Assembly (NCBI GenBank): GCA_964016885.1 | Contig: CAXHJY010000894.1 | Location: 1 to 64,000 of the forward strand | Length of the DNA: 64,000 bases | Direction: 5' to 3' | Source: Eledone cirrhosa | Lineage: Eukaryota | In this document: positions 48,590-59,743 of the stretch, in pieces | How the letters are laid out: every line of letters starts with the position of its first letter | Numbering within the stretch: position 1 is the first letter of the stretch | Notes under the pieces: generated by a model | Seen by the model: only the letters and a program-made list of their open reading frames with translations | Databases searched by the model: none | What the model was told of the DNA's origin: nothing | Made by a program: the position numbers and the translations under genes

Positions 48590-51568
48590 ATGCTAGAGCG
48601 AAAGGAAGTTGATGTATGCTGTGTGCAAGAGACTAGATGGAGAGGAGGGTCTGCTAGAGTCCTTGTAGGAAAAAGCCAGTGCTACAAATTTTTCTGGGTG
48701 GGAAATGACGATGGGATGGGTGGTGTAGGTATACTATTAGCTGACAAGTGGGTAGATAAAGTAATCTCAGTGTACAGGGTAAATGCAAGAATCATTAAAC
48801 TCAGACTAGTCCTGAATAAGACAATTACCACAATAATATCAGCTTACGCACCCCAATCGGGGCTGCCAGACGAACTTAAGGATAGGTTTTACGAGTCCCT
48901 AATACACACTACTGCTCTAACAGACGACAAGGACTTCCTAATCATTGCAGGAGATTTTAACGGACACGTAGGTAAACACTGCGACGGCTTCAATAGAGTA
49001 CATGGAGGCCATGGAGTTGGCACAAGGAATGAGGAAGGATTCAGACTTCTAGAATTCTGCGACGCCAATGACATGTCGATATGTAACACAAACTTTAAAA
49101 AACCCGACAACCACCTGATCACCTATAGATCAGGGGAGCACTCTAGTCAGTTAGATTTTATCCTCATCAGAGGACGTGACAGATGGACGGTCGTAAACAC
49201 AAAAGCCTTCCCTAGTGAGGAATGTACATCCCAACATAGCTTAGTTGTCAGCGACCTCACGGTCAGAACTAGACGAGCCCTGAAACAGAGGCCAACCTGG
49301 AGAAGAAAGATCTGGAAGCTGAAAGTCCCCTCAACCAGTAACAGATTTAAAGATATTTTACTCAACGCCTACGACAGTAAAGAAGAACAGATAGAGACAT
49401 TTAACGTAGAAGAGAACTGGGAGTTCCTAAAAAATAACTTACTAGAGGCGACGGATGAGGTTTGTGGCTGGAGTAAGACCTCAAGCAGGAGGAGAGTGAC
49501 TTGGTGGTGGAACAATAAGGTAGATGAAGCAGTCAAGGCCAAGAGACAGGCATGGAAAGAATGGAAGAACGGGGGGAGCAGGGTACATTACATAGAGACC
49601 AAGAGGGAAGCTAGGCGACAAGTATACTTAGCTAGGAGGGAAGCAGAGGATAGAAAATTCAAGCATGTTTTACAACGTGAGGACCAGAAACAGGAGGTAT
49701 TCAAGATTGCGAGGCAGTGTGTCAGAGATAGTTGTGATGTCATTGGAGAGAAGTGTATCCGGAATGATAAAGGTGAGCTTGCCCTCACAAGTGCTGAGAA
49801 GAAAGATGCATGGAAGAGTCATTATGATAGATTACTAAATGAGGAGAATGCATGGGAAGAAGAGACCCTACCCCACGTAGACCCTATAGAGGGACCAGCA
49901 GTACAAGTCAGCGGCAGCGTAGTAAGTAAGGCAATCAGAGATATGAAGATAGGGAAGGCAACCGGTCCATCGGGTATAGCTGCCGAGATGCTGAAGGCAT
50001 CTGGGTCTGTAGGTCACACTATAACCACACGTATCGTTAACCAGGTAATACTAGAGGGGGCCATACCAAAAGATTGGTGCAGTAGCATCATTGTCAACTG
50101 CTACAAAGGTAAAGGCGATGCACTAGATAGAGGAAACTATAGAGGTATAAAGTTGATGGACCAGGTCATGAAAGTAACAGAAAGAGTTATAGCACAGCTG
50201 ATTAGGGACCGGGTGAATATAGACGAGATGCAATTTGGGTTTGTTCCAGGGAAAGGCACCACTGATGCGCTCTTCCTTGTGAGGCAATTACAGGAAAAGT
50301 ACCTAGCTAAAAGTAAGCCACTCTACTTGGCATTTGTCGACCTTGAGAAAGCCTTTGACAGAGTTCCACGTGCAGTAATCTGGTGGGCTCTTAGAAAACT
50401 AGGAGTAGATGAATGGCTTGTGAAAGCGGTACAAGCCATGTATAGGGGAGCAGTCAGCAAAGTTAGGATTGGCAATGAGTATAGCGAGGAATTTAGCGTA
50501 CAGGTTGGGGTCCACCAGGGCTCTGTTCTTAGCCCTCTCCTGTTCATCATAGTCCTGCAGGCAATAACGGAGGAGTTTAAGACCGGATGCCCATGGGAAC
50601 TCCTGTATGCTGATGACCTCGCACTCATAGCTGAATCTATGGTAGAACTAGAGAATAAATTCCAAACCTGGAAGCAGGGACTAGAGAGAAAGGGCCTCAA
50701 AGTCAACATGACAAAGACTAAGGTCCTTATAAGTAGACGAGAAAACAGAACCCAGATCCCCTCAGGGAAATGGCCTTGCTCAGTATGTAGGAAAGGTGTA
50801 GGTAGGAACTCCATTCTTTGCCCCAAATGCAAACAATGGGTACACAAGAGATGTAGCGGGATCTCAGGAAGCTTAATTAAGAATGTAGGATTCACATGCA
50901 GCAGCTGTGCTGAAACAGCAAGCAAACAGCCACAGGAAACAAGTACCACCAATCTCTGGGAGGGCCCTGTAGAAACAGTAGACAGCTTCTGCTACCTAGG
51001 TGACCGAATTAGCAACGGAGGTGGGTGCTCAGAAAGTACAATAACTAGGGTAAGAACGGGATGGAAGAAGTTTAGGGAACTACTACCACTGCTAGCTGCA
51101 AAAGGCTTCTCCCTCAGAATGAAAGGCAGACTGTATGATGCGTGTATCCGAACAGCGATGTTGCATGGTAGTGAGACCTGGGCGCTGAAGGTGGAAGACT
51201 TACGTAGATTAGAGAGAAACGAAGCCTGCATGCTCCGATGGATGTGTAACAGTAATATACGTGAACGACAAAGCATAAATGAATTGAGAGAGAGACTGAG
51301 CATAAGAGGAATCAAATGCTGCGTGCAGGAGAGGCGGTTACGCTGGTATGGACATGTGATGCGTATGAAGGATGACAGCTGCATAAAAAGGTGCAGAGCA
51401 CTAGAAGTTGATGGAAACCGCGGAGTGGGGAGACCCAAGATGACTTGGGATGAGGTGATAAAAGCCGACCTTACCCAACTACACCTCTCAAAGTCAATGA
51501 CACACGACCGTGACTTCTGGCGTCACGCAGTAATACAGGGTACCCGACCTCCCATGGGTACATGCTGA
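48590..51568 (+). CDS. RTE-clade LINE ORF: AP endonuclease, reverse transcriptase and PHD-like zinc finger (992 aa, uninterrupted, slightly 5'-truncated)
   Basis: APE motifs [25 protein letters not shown] and SQH. RT motifs QFGFVPGKGTTDA, FVDLEKAFD, GVHQGSVLSP, LYADDL and FCYLG. Zinc finger CSVC...CPKC...H.RC...CSSC. RTE end RLRWYGHV...GRPKMTW. Confidence 0.96.
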   Translation: MLERKEVDVCCVQETRWRGGSARVLVGKSQCYKFFWVGNDDGMGGVGILLADKWVDKVISVYRVNARIIKLRLVLNKTITTIISAYAPQSGLPDELKDRFYESLIHTTALTDDKDFLIIAGDFNGHVGKHCDGFNRVHGGHGVGTRNEEGFRLLEFCDANDMSICNTNFKKPDNHLITYRSGEHSSQLDFILIRGRDRWTVVNTKAFPSEECTSQHSLVVSDLTVRTRRALKQRPTWRRKIWKLKVPSTSNRFKDILLNAYDSKEEQIETFNVEENWEFLKNNLLEATDEVCGWSKTSSRRRVTWWWNNKVDEAVKAKRQAWKEWKNGGSRVHYIETKREARRQVYLARREAEDRKFKHVLQREDQKQEVFKIARQCVRDSCDVIGEKCIRNDKGELALTSAEKKDAWKSHYDRLLNEENAWEEETLPHVDPIEGPAVQVSGSVVSKAIRDMKIGKATGPSGIAAEMLKASGSVGHTITTRIVNQVILEGAIPKDWCSSIIVNCYKGKGDALDRGNYRGIKLMDQVMKVTERVIAQLIRDRVNIDEMQFGFVPGKGTTDALFLVRQLQEKYLAKSKPLYLAFVDLEKAFDRVPRAVIWWALRKLGVDEWLVKAVQAMYRGAVSKVRIGNEYSEEFSVQVGVHQGSVLSPLLFIIVLQAITEEFKTGCPWELLYADDLALIAESMVELENKFQTWKQGLERKGLKVNMTKTKVLISRRENRTQIPSGKWPCSVCRKGVGRNSILCPKCKQWVHKRCSGISGSLIKNVGFTCSSCAETASKQPQETSTTNLWEGPVETVDSFCYLGDRISNGGGCSESTITRVRTGWKKFRELLPLLAAKGFSLRMKGRLYDACIRTAMLHGSETWALKVEDLRRLERNEACMLRWMCNSNIRERQSINELRERLSIRGIKCCVQERRLRWYGHVMRMKDDSCIKRCRALEVDGNRGVGRPKMTWDEVIKADLTQLHLSKSMTHDRDFWRHAVIQGTRPPMGTC

Positions 51569-51889
51569 AGCATATAAACAATATGCCCCCCCCCCCCCCC
51601 CCCCACCCCCCCACCGCAAGGTGGTCGTGGAGGTGCCACGGCAAAAAAGCACCCAGCCCACACTGTAAAGTGGACGTGTAGGCGCCACGAAAAAGCACCC
51701 AGCACTCACTGTAAATGAGGTTGGTGTTAGGAAGGGCATCCAGCTGTAGAAATCAAGCCAGGTCAGTTCCTGTATGAGCAAGGCATGGTCAGCCGACCAG
51801 ACACTGCCCACAACAGGACAACCCGTCTAACCCATGCTAGCGTGGAAGAACGGACGTAAAACGGTGATGATGATGATGATGATGATGAT
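51569..51889 (+). mobile_element. RTE 3' UTR and (GAT)n tail
   Basis: Follows the ORF. Candidate TSD ATAGAAA at 48575-48581 and 51888-51894. Confidence 0.9.
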
Positions 51890-52445
51890 AGAAAGAGAGA
51901 AGGGGGGGGGGATATAGCATAGGCTAGGCAAAGAGGAAGGATAAGTAAGGAAGATGAGAAAGAAATAGAGGAAGATTAAGAGGGATGAGGAAGCATAGGG
52001 GGATAGAAATTAATCATGAATATGGGGATATGAAGAAGAGAGAAAAGAAAATAAACATACGGACGAATATACATTACTATGTAAAATGGCTAGTTTGAGA
52101 TGTATTATAGGATAAAATGATCGAGATAAAATATGTTTAAGTGGAGAAATACAAAGACAAATGGTGAAAGGTGTATATATATATATAAGATAATAGATGA
52201 TGTAAATACAAATAAAAATAATGATGTTAATACAAATGTTTTTGGTTATTCTTACGTAATTATGAAGTTTGTGATAATTTGATATTGTGTAGGTGCTAAA
52301 AGTATAAAAAGGAATAAGGAGTAGAAAATGGAGTTAAGTTGGTCTAAAGTTCAGGAACTTAGTTGCTGATTTATGCTGGCAAAAGATAGTTCAATCAATT
52401 CTGCTGTTAAGAAGGGTTTTACTAAAATTAAGAATTTGGAAGAGC
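51890..52445 (-). mobile_element. C-terminus and 3' UTR of a second family-C-like PLE, probably continuing at 48178-48574 across the RTE insertion
   Basis: Minus frame LFQILNFSKTLLNSRID*TIFCQHKSATKFLNFRPT* aligns with the end of ORF 61026-61589 (IINRCTDLFSLCLHK). Pyrimidine-rich UTR resembles 61590-62500. Confidence 0.6.
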
Positions 52446-52587
52446 GAAGTCATAAAATCGTCACCAACGTAAACCTCTTGTTGAGTCACACAGCACCGTA
52501 TGCTTAAACTGTCCATGATATGTAGTTTTCACAGACTCTTATCAGATTACCTTTAACAATTTAATGTTATCCTACACACACACACAC

Positions 52588-52628
<41 letters not shown>

Positions 52629-53131
52629 AGTGTGTATATGTATATATATGTAAGCATTTATGTGTATGTATATATAGCTAGGAAAACTTGGGATAAGATT
52701 ACTTTCAAAGTTGACCTTGCCTAATTAAACCTTATAAAGGAGATGACACCGGATCAAGACATTGTTGTACTGCAGAAGACCCAACTCTTCCTCTTGTGTA
52801 CAAATCAGACATGCAGGTGATACATTAGCCTGCAGCACCCACCAACCTTAATATCCCGATTACACCTACATATCCTATGCACCTAGTTGATTTCGAACTC
52901 ATACCCCCCCCCCCCCCCCCCTCCCTCCCCCCCTCCAGCCCTGGTACACCTCACCTGCGCAGCCCATGAAAGCTAGGTATCTGACCTCCCACAATGATGT
53001 GCCATGACAAAAAGCACAAAGTCACCCTGTATGCTGATTTGGCACCACGCCAACAAAAGCACTTAAGTACCAGTCAACCAAAATACATAGAATACAGTTC
53101 TACGACTTCTGGGGAGTCACCACATAAGTAA

Positions 53132-53253
53132 ATCATCATCATCATGTTTATCATCATCATCATCATCATGTTTATCATCATCATCATCATCATCATCATG
53201 TTTATCATCATCATCATCATGTTTGTTATCATCATCATCATCATCATCATCAT
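53132..53253. repeat. (CAT)n expansion at an RTE tail
   Basis: Directly visible and adjacent to a minus-strand RTE 3' UTR remnant. Confidence 0.85.
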
Positions 53254-54206
53254 TGTTTAACATCCATTTTTCTACACTAGCATGGGTTAGAAGAGTTGTA
53301 CGATTGTGAGGCAAGTTAGGTCAGGTGATCATGTCTTGCTCTGTGACTGGCTTGGTTTCTATGGCTGATACCCTTCCTAATGCCAACCACATTTACAGTG
53401 TTTTATGTCTAACCGATGCTGGCGTGGAAAATGGACGTTAAATGATGATGATGATAATGATACCTATAACCCAATACACACACACATAATTTATGACCGT
53501 TATAGAGTAGACACAAACAGAACCAGGTATTAAGCATGCATTTGGAACATAAATACACACACTCATACGTACATTATCCCCAAACATATCTTTGTTAAAG
53601 TTTACTGAAGAAACCAAATACAAATACAGACACACACACATATTATCCCCAAACATATCTTTGTTAATGTCTGCTGAAGGAACCAAATATGACTTATTCA
53701 ATCCATAATATAACAGTATTTATGTGTGTGTGTGTGTTTTCAGTTAACATTGATTTATCTAAGCATCCCAATTATTAATGTATGTGTGTGTTCTTGAATA
53801 AAGATAAATTTTCTGTTTTAGAGAATTTCCAATAGCTGTTAAAAACTGTAAGACTACTTACTTAGAATTTTTTTTTTTTAAATTCATTGAATTTTTTAAA
53901 TTCTTGTAATGTTTTCTTTTCTTCATTCCATACGATGATGATAATATATATATATAGCTAATTTTAGGTTTAATCAATACATATAAAATATATATTGATG
54001 ATGTTTCTCAATACAAAGCTCAATAAACATCAGTTCTTAGCATATTATAAGTATAAATGATATATCTATATGATAAGTATATATCTATATTATAAGTATA
54101 AATGATATATCAATTGAGAAACAAACTAGTCTTTTGTACATATATATATATATAGAACAAATATATAAATTTAAATTTCATGCTGATAAAATGGCTTATA
54201 ATTGAA

Positions 54207-54238
<32 letters not shown>

Positions 54239-54241
<3 letters not shown>

Positions 54242-54432
54242 AAAATGTTCAAGACCCCGACGGCAGGGCTAGCCGTTCCGATGGCTATTTCTGGACTCAG
54301 AAATAGCAATTGAAATGGCTAGCTCTGCCGTCGGGGTCTTGAACATTTTCCTTTTACCCACTCTACTACCCTAAGTATTGAGGACTCTGGTGCATTATGG
54401 TCCATCTGGTCCCTTACCACACTTCCTTCGTT
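54239..54432 (+). mobile_element. Second hairpin-plus-tail mini-element (imperfect palindrome 54239-54352 and 80-nt tail)
   Basis: Tail TTACCCACTCTACTACCCTAAGTATTGAG...TTCCTTCGTT is shared with the reverse complement of 36367-36444. TA on both sides. Confidence 0.8.
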
Positions 54433-54440
54433 ATATATAT

Positions 54441-55935
54441 ATCATCATCATCATCATCATCATTCATCATTTCATTTTACGTCCGCTTTTCCCTACTTGC
54501 AAGGGTGGGACGGGAACTGATTCTGGCTTGATTTCTACAGCTAGATGCCCTTCCTAACACCAACCTCATTTACAGTGTGCTGGGTGCTTTTTTGCCATGG
54601 CACCTCCACGAATGATAGGGACTGAGTAAACTGGAGCAATGTGAAATAAAGTGTCTCAAGGAAACAACACATCACCCGGTCTGGAATGATAGGGACTGAG
54701 TAAACTGGAGCAATGTGAAATAAAGTGTCTCAAGGAAACAACACATCACCCGGTCTGAGAATGATAGGGACTGAGTAAACTGGAGCAATGTGAAATAAAG
54801 TGTCTCAAGGAAACAACATATCACCCGGTCTGGAATGATAGGGACTGAGTAAACTGGAGCAATGTGAAATAAAGTGTCTCAAGGAAACAACACATCACCC
54901 GGTCTGGAATGATAGGGACTGAGTAAACTGGAGCAATGTGAAATAAAGTGTCTCAAGGAAACAACATATCACCCGGTCTGGAATGATAGGGACTGAGTAA
55001 ACTGGAGCAATGTGAAATAAAGTGTCTCAAGGAAACAACATATCACCCGGTCTGGAATGATAGGGACTGAGTAAACTGGAGCAATGTGAAATAAAGTGTC
55101 TCAAGGAAACAACACATCACCCGGTCTGGAATGATAGGGACTGAGTAAACTGGAGCAATGTGAAATAAAGTGTCTCAAGGAAACAACACATCACCCGGTC
55201 TGGAATGATAGGGACTGAGTAAACTGGAGCAATGTGAAATAAAGTGTCTCAAGGAAACAACATATCACCCGGTCTGGAATGATAGGGACTGAGTAAACTG
55301 GAGCAATGTGAAATAAAGTGTCTCAAGGAAACAACACATCACCCGGTCTGGAATGATAGGGACTGAGTAAACTGGAGCAATGTGAAATAAAGTGTCTCAA
55401 GGAAACAACACATCACCCGGTCTGAGAATGATAGGGACTGAGTAAACTGGAGCAATGTGAAATAAAGTGTCTCAAGGAAACAACATATCACCCGGTCTGG
55501 AATGATAGGGACTGAGTAAACTGGAGCAATGTGAAATAAAGTGTCTCAAGGAAACAACACATCACCCGGTCTGAGAATGATAGGTACTGAGTAAACTGGA
55601 GCAATGTGAAATAAAGTGTCTCAAGGAAACAACATATCACCCGGTCTGGAATGATAGGTACTGAGTAAACTGGAGCAATGTGAAATAAAGTGTCTCAAGG
55701 AAACAACACATCACCCGGTCTGGAATGATAGGGACTGAGTAAACTGGAGCAATGTGAAATAAAGTGTCTCAAGGAAACAACATATCACCCGGTCTGAGAA
55801 TGATAGGGACTGAGTAAACTGGAGCAATGTGAAATAAAGTGTCTCAAGGAAACAACACATCACCCGGTCTGAGAATTGAACTCATAACCTTTCGATTGCA
55901 AGGCCAATGCTCTAAACACTAAGCCATGTGCCTCC
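54441..55935 (-). mobile_element. SINE family A copy with an internally amplified central domain
   Basis: Tail 54441-54610, tRNA head 55870-55935, tandem array between them. Confidence 0.9.
54611..55873. repeat. Tandem array of 17 x 74-75-bp units derived from the SINE central domain
   Basis: Unit AATGATAGGGACTGAGTAAACTGGAGCAATGTGAAATAAAGTGTCTCAAGGAAACAACAYATCACCCGGTCTG(A)G; starts counted from 54611 to 55799. Confidence 0.96.
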
Positions 55936-56036
55936 TATATATATATATTATATATATATATATATATAATATATATATTATATATATATTATATATATTA
56001 TATATATATATATTATATATATATATATATTATATA

Positions 56037-56261
56037 TCATTCATCATCATCATCATTTCATTTTACGTCCGCTTTTCCCTGCTTGCAAGGGTGGGACGGG
56101 AACTGATTCTGGCTTGATTTCTACAGCTGGATGCCCTTCCTAACACCAACCTCATTTACAGTGAGTGCTGGGTGCTTTTTTGCAGTGGAATGATAGGGTC
56201 CCCAGTCCCTATCATCTCATTTCTACAGCTGAGTAAACTGGAGCAATGTGAAATAAAGTGT
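56037..56261 (-). mobile_element. 5'-truncated SINE family A copy
   Basis: Matches 37055-37305. Confidence 0.85.
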
Positions 56262-56588
56262 TTCGGTTATTTGTCGGAGATTTCTCCATAAGAGCCTTTC
56301 TTCTTATAGTTTGATCTAATTGATTTTTTGTATGGTTAATTATGCTAATTAGAAGAAGAAATAGTATATATTTTATCTGATGATTCTAAAGACATGATTT
56401 ACGATATATTGCTCTGATTTTTTAATTTATTAATTCTTCATAGAGCTTAAAAGTGACCAGTTGCAACATGTATATATCTATAACTTTATGTATATGTTAA
56501 CCTTTATATATATATATATTATATATATATTTATATATTTATATATATATATATATTTATATATTTATATATATATATATATATATAC

Positions 56589-57847
56589 TCCAGATACGTT
56601 GATGACATACTGATACTCACTTCTTCCCGGGAGATGGCGAATGAAATTCACCAAATCTTTAACGACACTGACCATCACGTCGATTTCACCATCGAACACC
56701 CTGAAGAAGACGGGTCACTCGCCCTCCTCGACTTCCGTATCAACATCTCGGAAGAAGGAGACATAAACACCACCTTCTACCGCAAGGCAGCGTGCAAGGA
56801 CTTATTTGTGCATTACAACTCAGCCCTCCCCAACAACGCTAAGAGAGGCTATGTCCTAAATGAACTTACACGGATCACTAATAGATGCAGCGACCCGATG
56901 GGTGGTCTCACCCATACCACGCAATTCCGTAATCTACTCAAGTCTAATGGATATCCCAAGCGACTGATTAACGGAATTAGAGACCCCAGACCCAATAGAC
57001 AGACACCCACTAGAAACTTAGATAAAAGCAGGTGCTTCTTTAAAATCCCCCACCTGAGTGAATATACCACGAACGCCATCCGCAGGGCCATACGGAGGGA
57101 GGGACTTGACATACATTTGGCCCACACAGGACCTTCGCTCCGAAGATGCCTCTCCACCAAACCCGACGAGTCAGATGGGACGTGTTCCCTCAGCAACTGC
57201 CCGATACGGGGGGGCAGATTGCCTACGCACCTATGTCGTATATAAGATTCAATGCGATAAATGTAACAAGTTTTACATAGGTAGCACCATCCGACCCCTA
57301 CATGTTCGTATCAAGGAACATGTCAACACCAACGCATCTTCCTTCCGTAAACACATCCTTAAATGCGGAAACCCACAGGGCAGACCCTTGGTCACAGTCC
57401 TAGCGACTGAACGCAGCATCGGATCCTTATACACATATACACACACAGTTACACACACATATATATTTACACACACATATTTTACGGCTTTCACACGCTA
57501 GCGCACCCTATTGATTTAACCCAATTGATCAGTAGCTTTTGCCACAGCCTATCACGCGCACGCGCATTCTTTCCCTCGTTTGAATTTTCCCCATAACGGC
57601 ATTCCTATGTTTTAACGACAATACAACTTTCTCCGGCTTAGCCTGTTCCCCCCCCTTTTGGAACTTTCCCCCGTTGATGGGCGTGAGCCCGAAATAGTGG
57701 GATTAAATCTCCACTACGGTAACCCTTCTACCTTTGTTTTGTTTTCCTTTTTCGTTTCTCTCAATTTTCACTTTTCTCCTATTTCTCACTCACTTCTTAC
57801 CTCGAGATTTCCCATCTGCATTGTTGTGGCTTTCTAAACTACATATT
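56589..57847 (+). mobile_element. 5'-truncated Penelope-like element family B (Nematis-like), frameshifted
   Basis: SRYVDDILIL, FTIEHPEEDGSLALLD, FYRKAACKDLFVHYNSALP and NGYP; frameshift at the G run near 57210; GIY-YIG VVYKIQCDKCNKFYIGSTIRPLHVRIKEH. The clade is assigned from remembered motif style only. Confidence 0.85.
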
Positions 57848-57863
57848 TTATATATATATATAT

Positions 57864-57894
<31 letters not shown>

Positions 57895-58048
57895 ATATAT
57901 TTATTTATATATATATTTATATATATATATATTTATATATATATATATAGGAAGACGATCGACTTTCGTCAAATCGGACCGAGGGAACACTGTTTCCGTT
58001 GGTCTTTCCAATTGCTAATACTATCTATCGGTCGCAACTCCAGGTAGA

Positions 58049-58170
58049 AGGAGCAACGTGAAATAAAGTGTCTTGCTCAAGGACATAACGCATGGCCTGG
58101 TCCAGGAATCGAACTCACAACCTTACGATTGCGAATCCAATTCTCTAACCACTGAGCCACACGCCTTCAC
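58049..58170 (-). mobile_element. tRNA-derived SINE head (relative of family A)
   Basis: Reverse complement has TGGCTCAGTGG A box, GAGTTCGATTCC B box and GTCCTTGAGCAAGACACTT. Confidence 0.8.
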
Positions 58171-58188
58171 TTCATATATATATATATT

Positions 58189-58219
<31 letters not shown>

Positions 58220-58319
58220 TATATTTATATATTTATATATATATTTATATATATATTATTTAGTTTAGCGAGGTTTTTATTAATTCTGGCAATATTACGC
58301 AAATATGACCCTCCCCAAT

Positions 58320-59492
58320 ATATATATATTTATATATATATATATTATATATATATTTATTTATATATATATATATTATATATATATTTATTTATATATA
58401 TATATATTATATATATATTTATATATATATATTATATATATATTATATATATATTTATATATATATATTATATATATATATATATTATATATATATATAT
58501 TATTTATATATATATATTATTTATATATATATTATATATATATATATTATTTATATATATATTATATATATATATATATTATTTATATATATATATATTA
58601 TTTATATATATATATATTATTTATATATATATATTATATGTATATATTATATTATATATTATATGTATATATTATATATTATATATTATATGTATATATT
58701 ATATATATATATTATATGTATATATTATATATATATATTATATATTATATGTATATATTATATATATATATTATATATTATATGTATATATTATATATAT
58801 ATATTATATATTATATGTATATATTATATGTATATATTATATGTATATATTATATGTATATATTATATGTATATATTATATGTATATATTATATGTATAT
58901 ATTATATATATGTATTATATGTATATATATATATTATATATTATATTATATTATATATTATATGTATATATTATATTATATTATATGTATATATTATATT
59001 ATATTATATTATATGTATATATTATATTATATTATATGTATATATTATATTATATTATATGTATATATTATATTATATATTATATGTATATATTATATTA
59101 TATGTATATATTATATTATATTATATTATATGTATATATTATATTATATTATATGTATATATTATATTATATTATATTATATGTATATATTATATTATAT
59201 TATATATTATATGTATATATTATATTATATTATATATTATATGTATATATTATATTATATTATATTTTATTATATATTATATGTATATATTATATTATAT
59301 TATATGTATATATTATATTATATTATATTATATGTATATATTATATTATATATTATATTATATGTATATATTATATTATATATTATATGTATATATTATA
59401 TTATATTATATTATATATTATATGTATATATTATATTATATTATATGTATATATTATATTATATTATATGTATATATTATATTATATTATAT

Positions 59493-59533
<41 letters not shown>
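58320..59533. repeat. (TA)n/(TATAT)n/(TATG) array
   Basis: Directly visible. Confidence 0.95.
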
Positions 59534-59743
59534 GTAGGAGGTGATTTTTATTGTAGTACAATAAAGCAATGCAGATATTGGATAAGTAGCACTCTACAGT
59601 TTGTAGGACTGGAGTATAAATAATATATAAGATCAAAAGATGGCTAAAAGAGTTCCATGTATTTTATTATGCGCATTTCAAAAACAAATATCATGCGATA
59701 ACATTTGCGTTTTCGTCAGATAAAATAGGGAGACATGATATGA

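Noticed and set aside
50323-51438. Antisense ORFs of 209 and 148 aa
   Set aside because: Shadows of the RTE ORF on the opposite strand.
54611-55873. CRISPR-like regular array
   Set aside because: There are no unique spacers, the units are contiguous and SINE-derived, and the context is eukaryotic with no cas genes.
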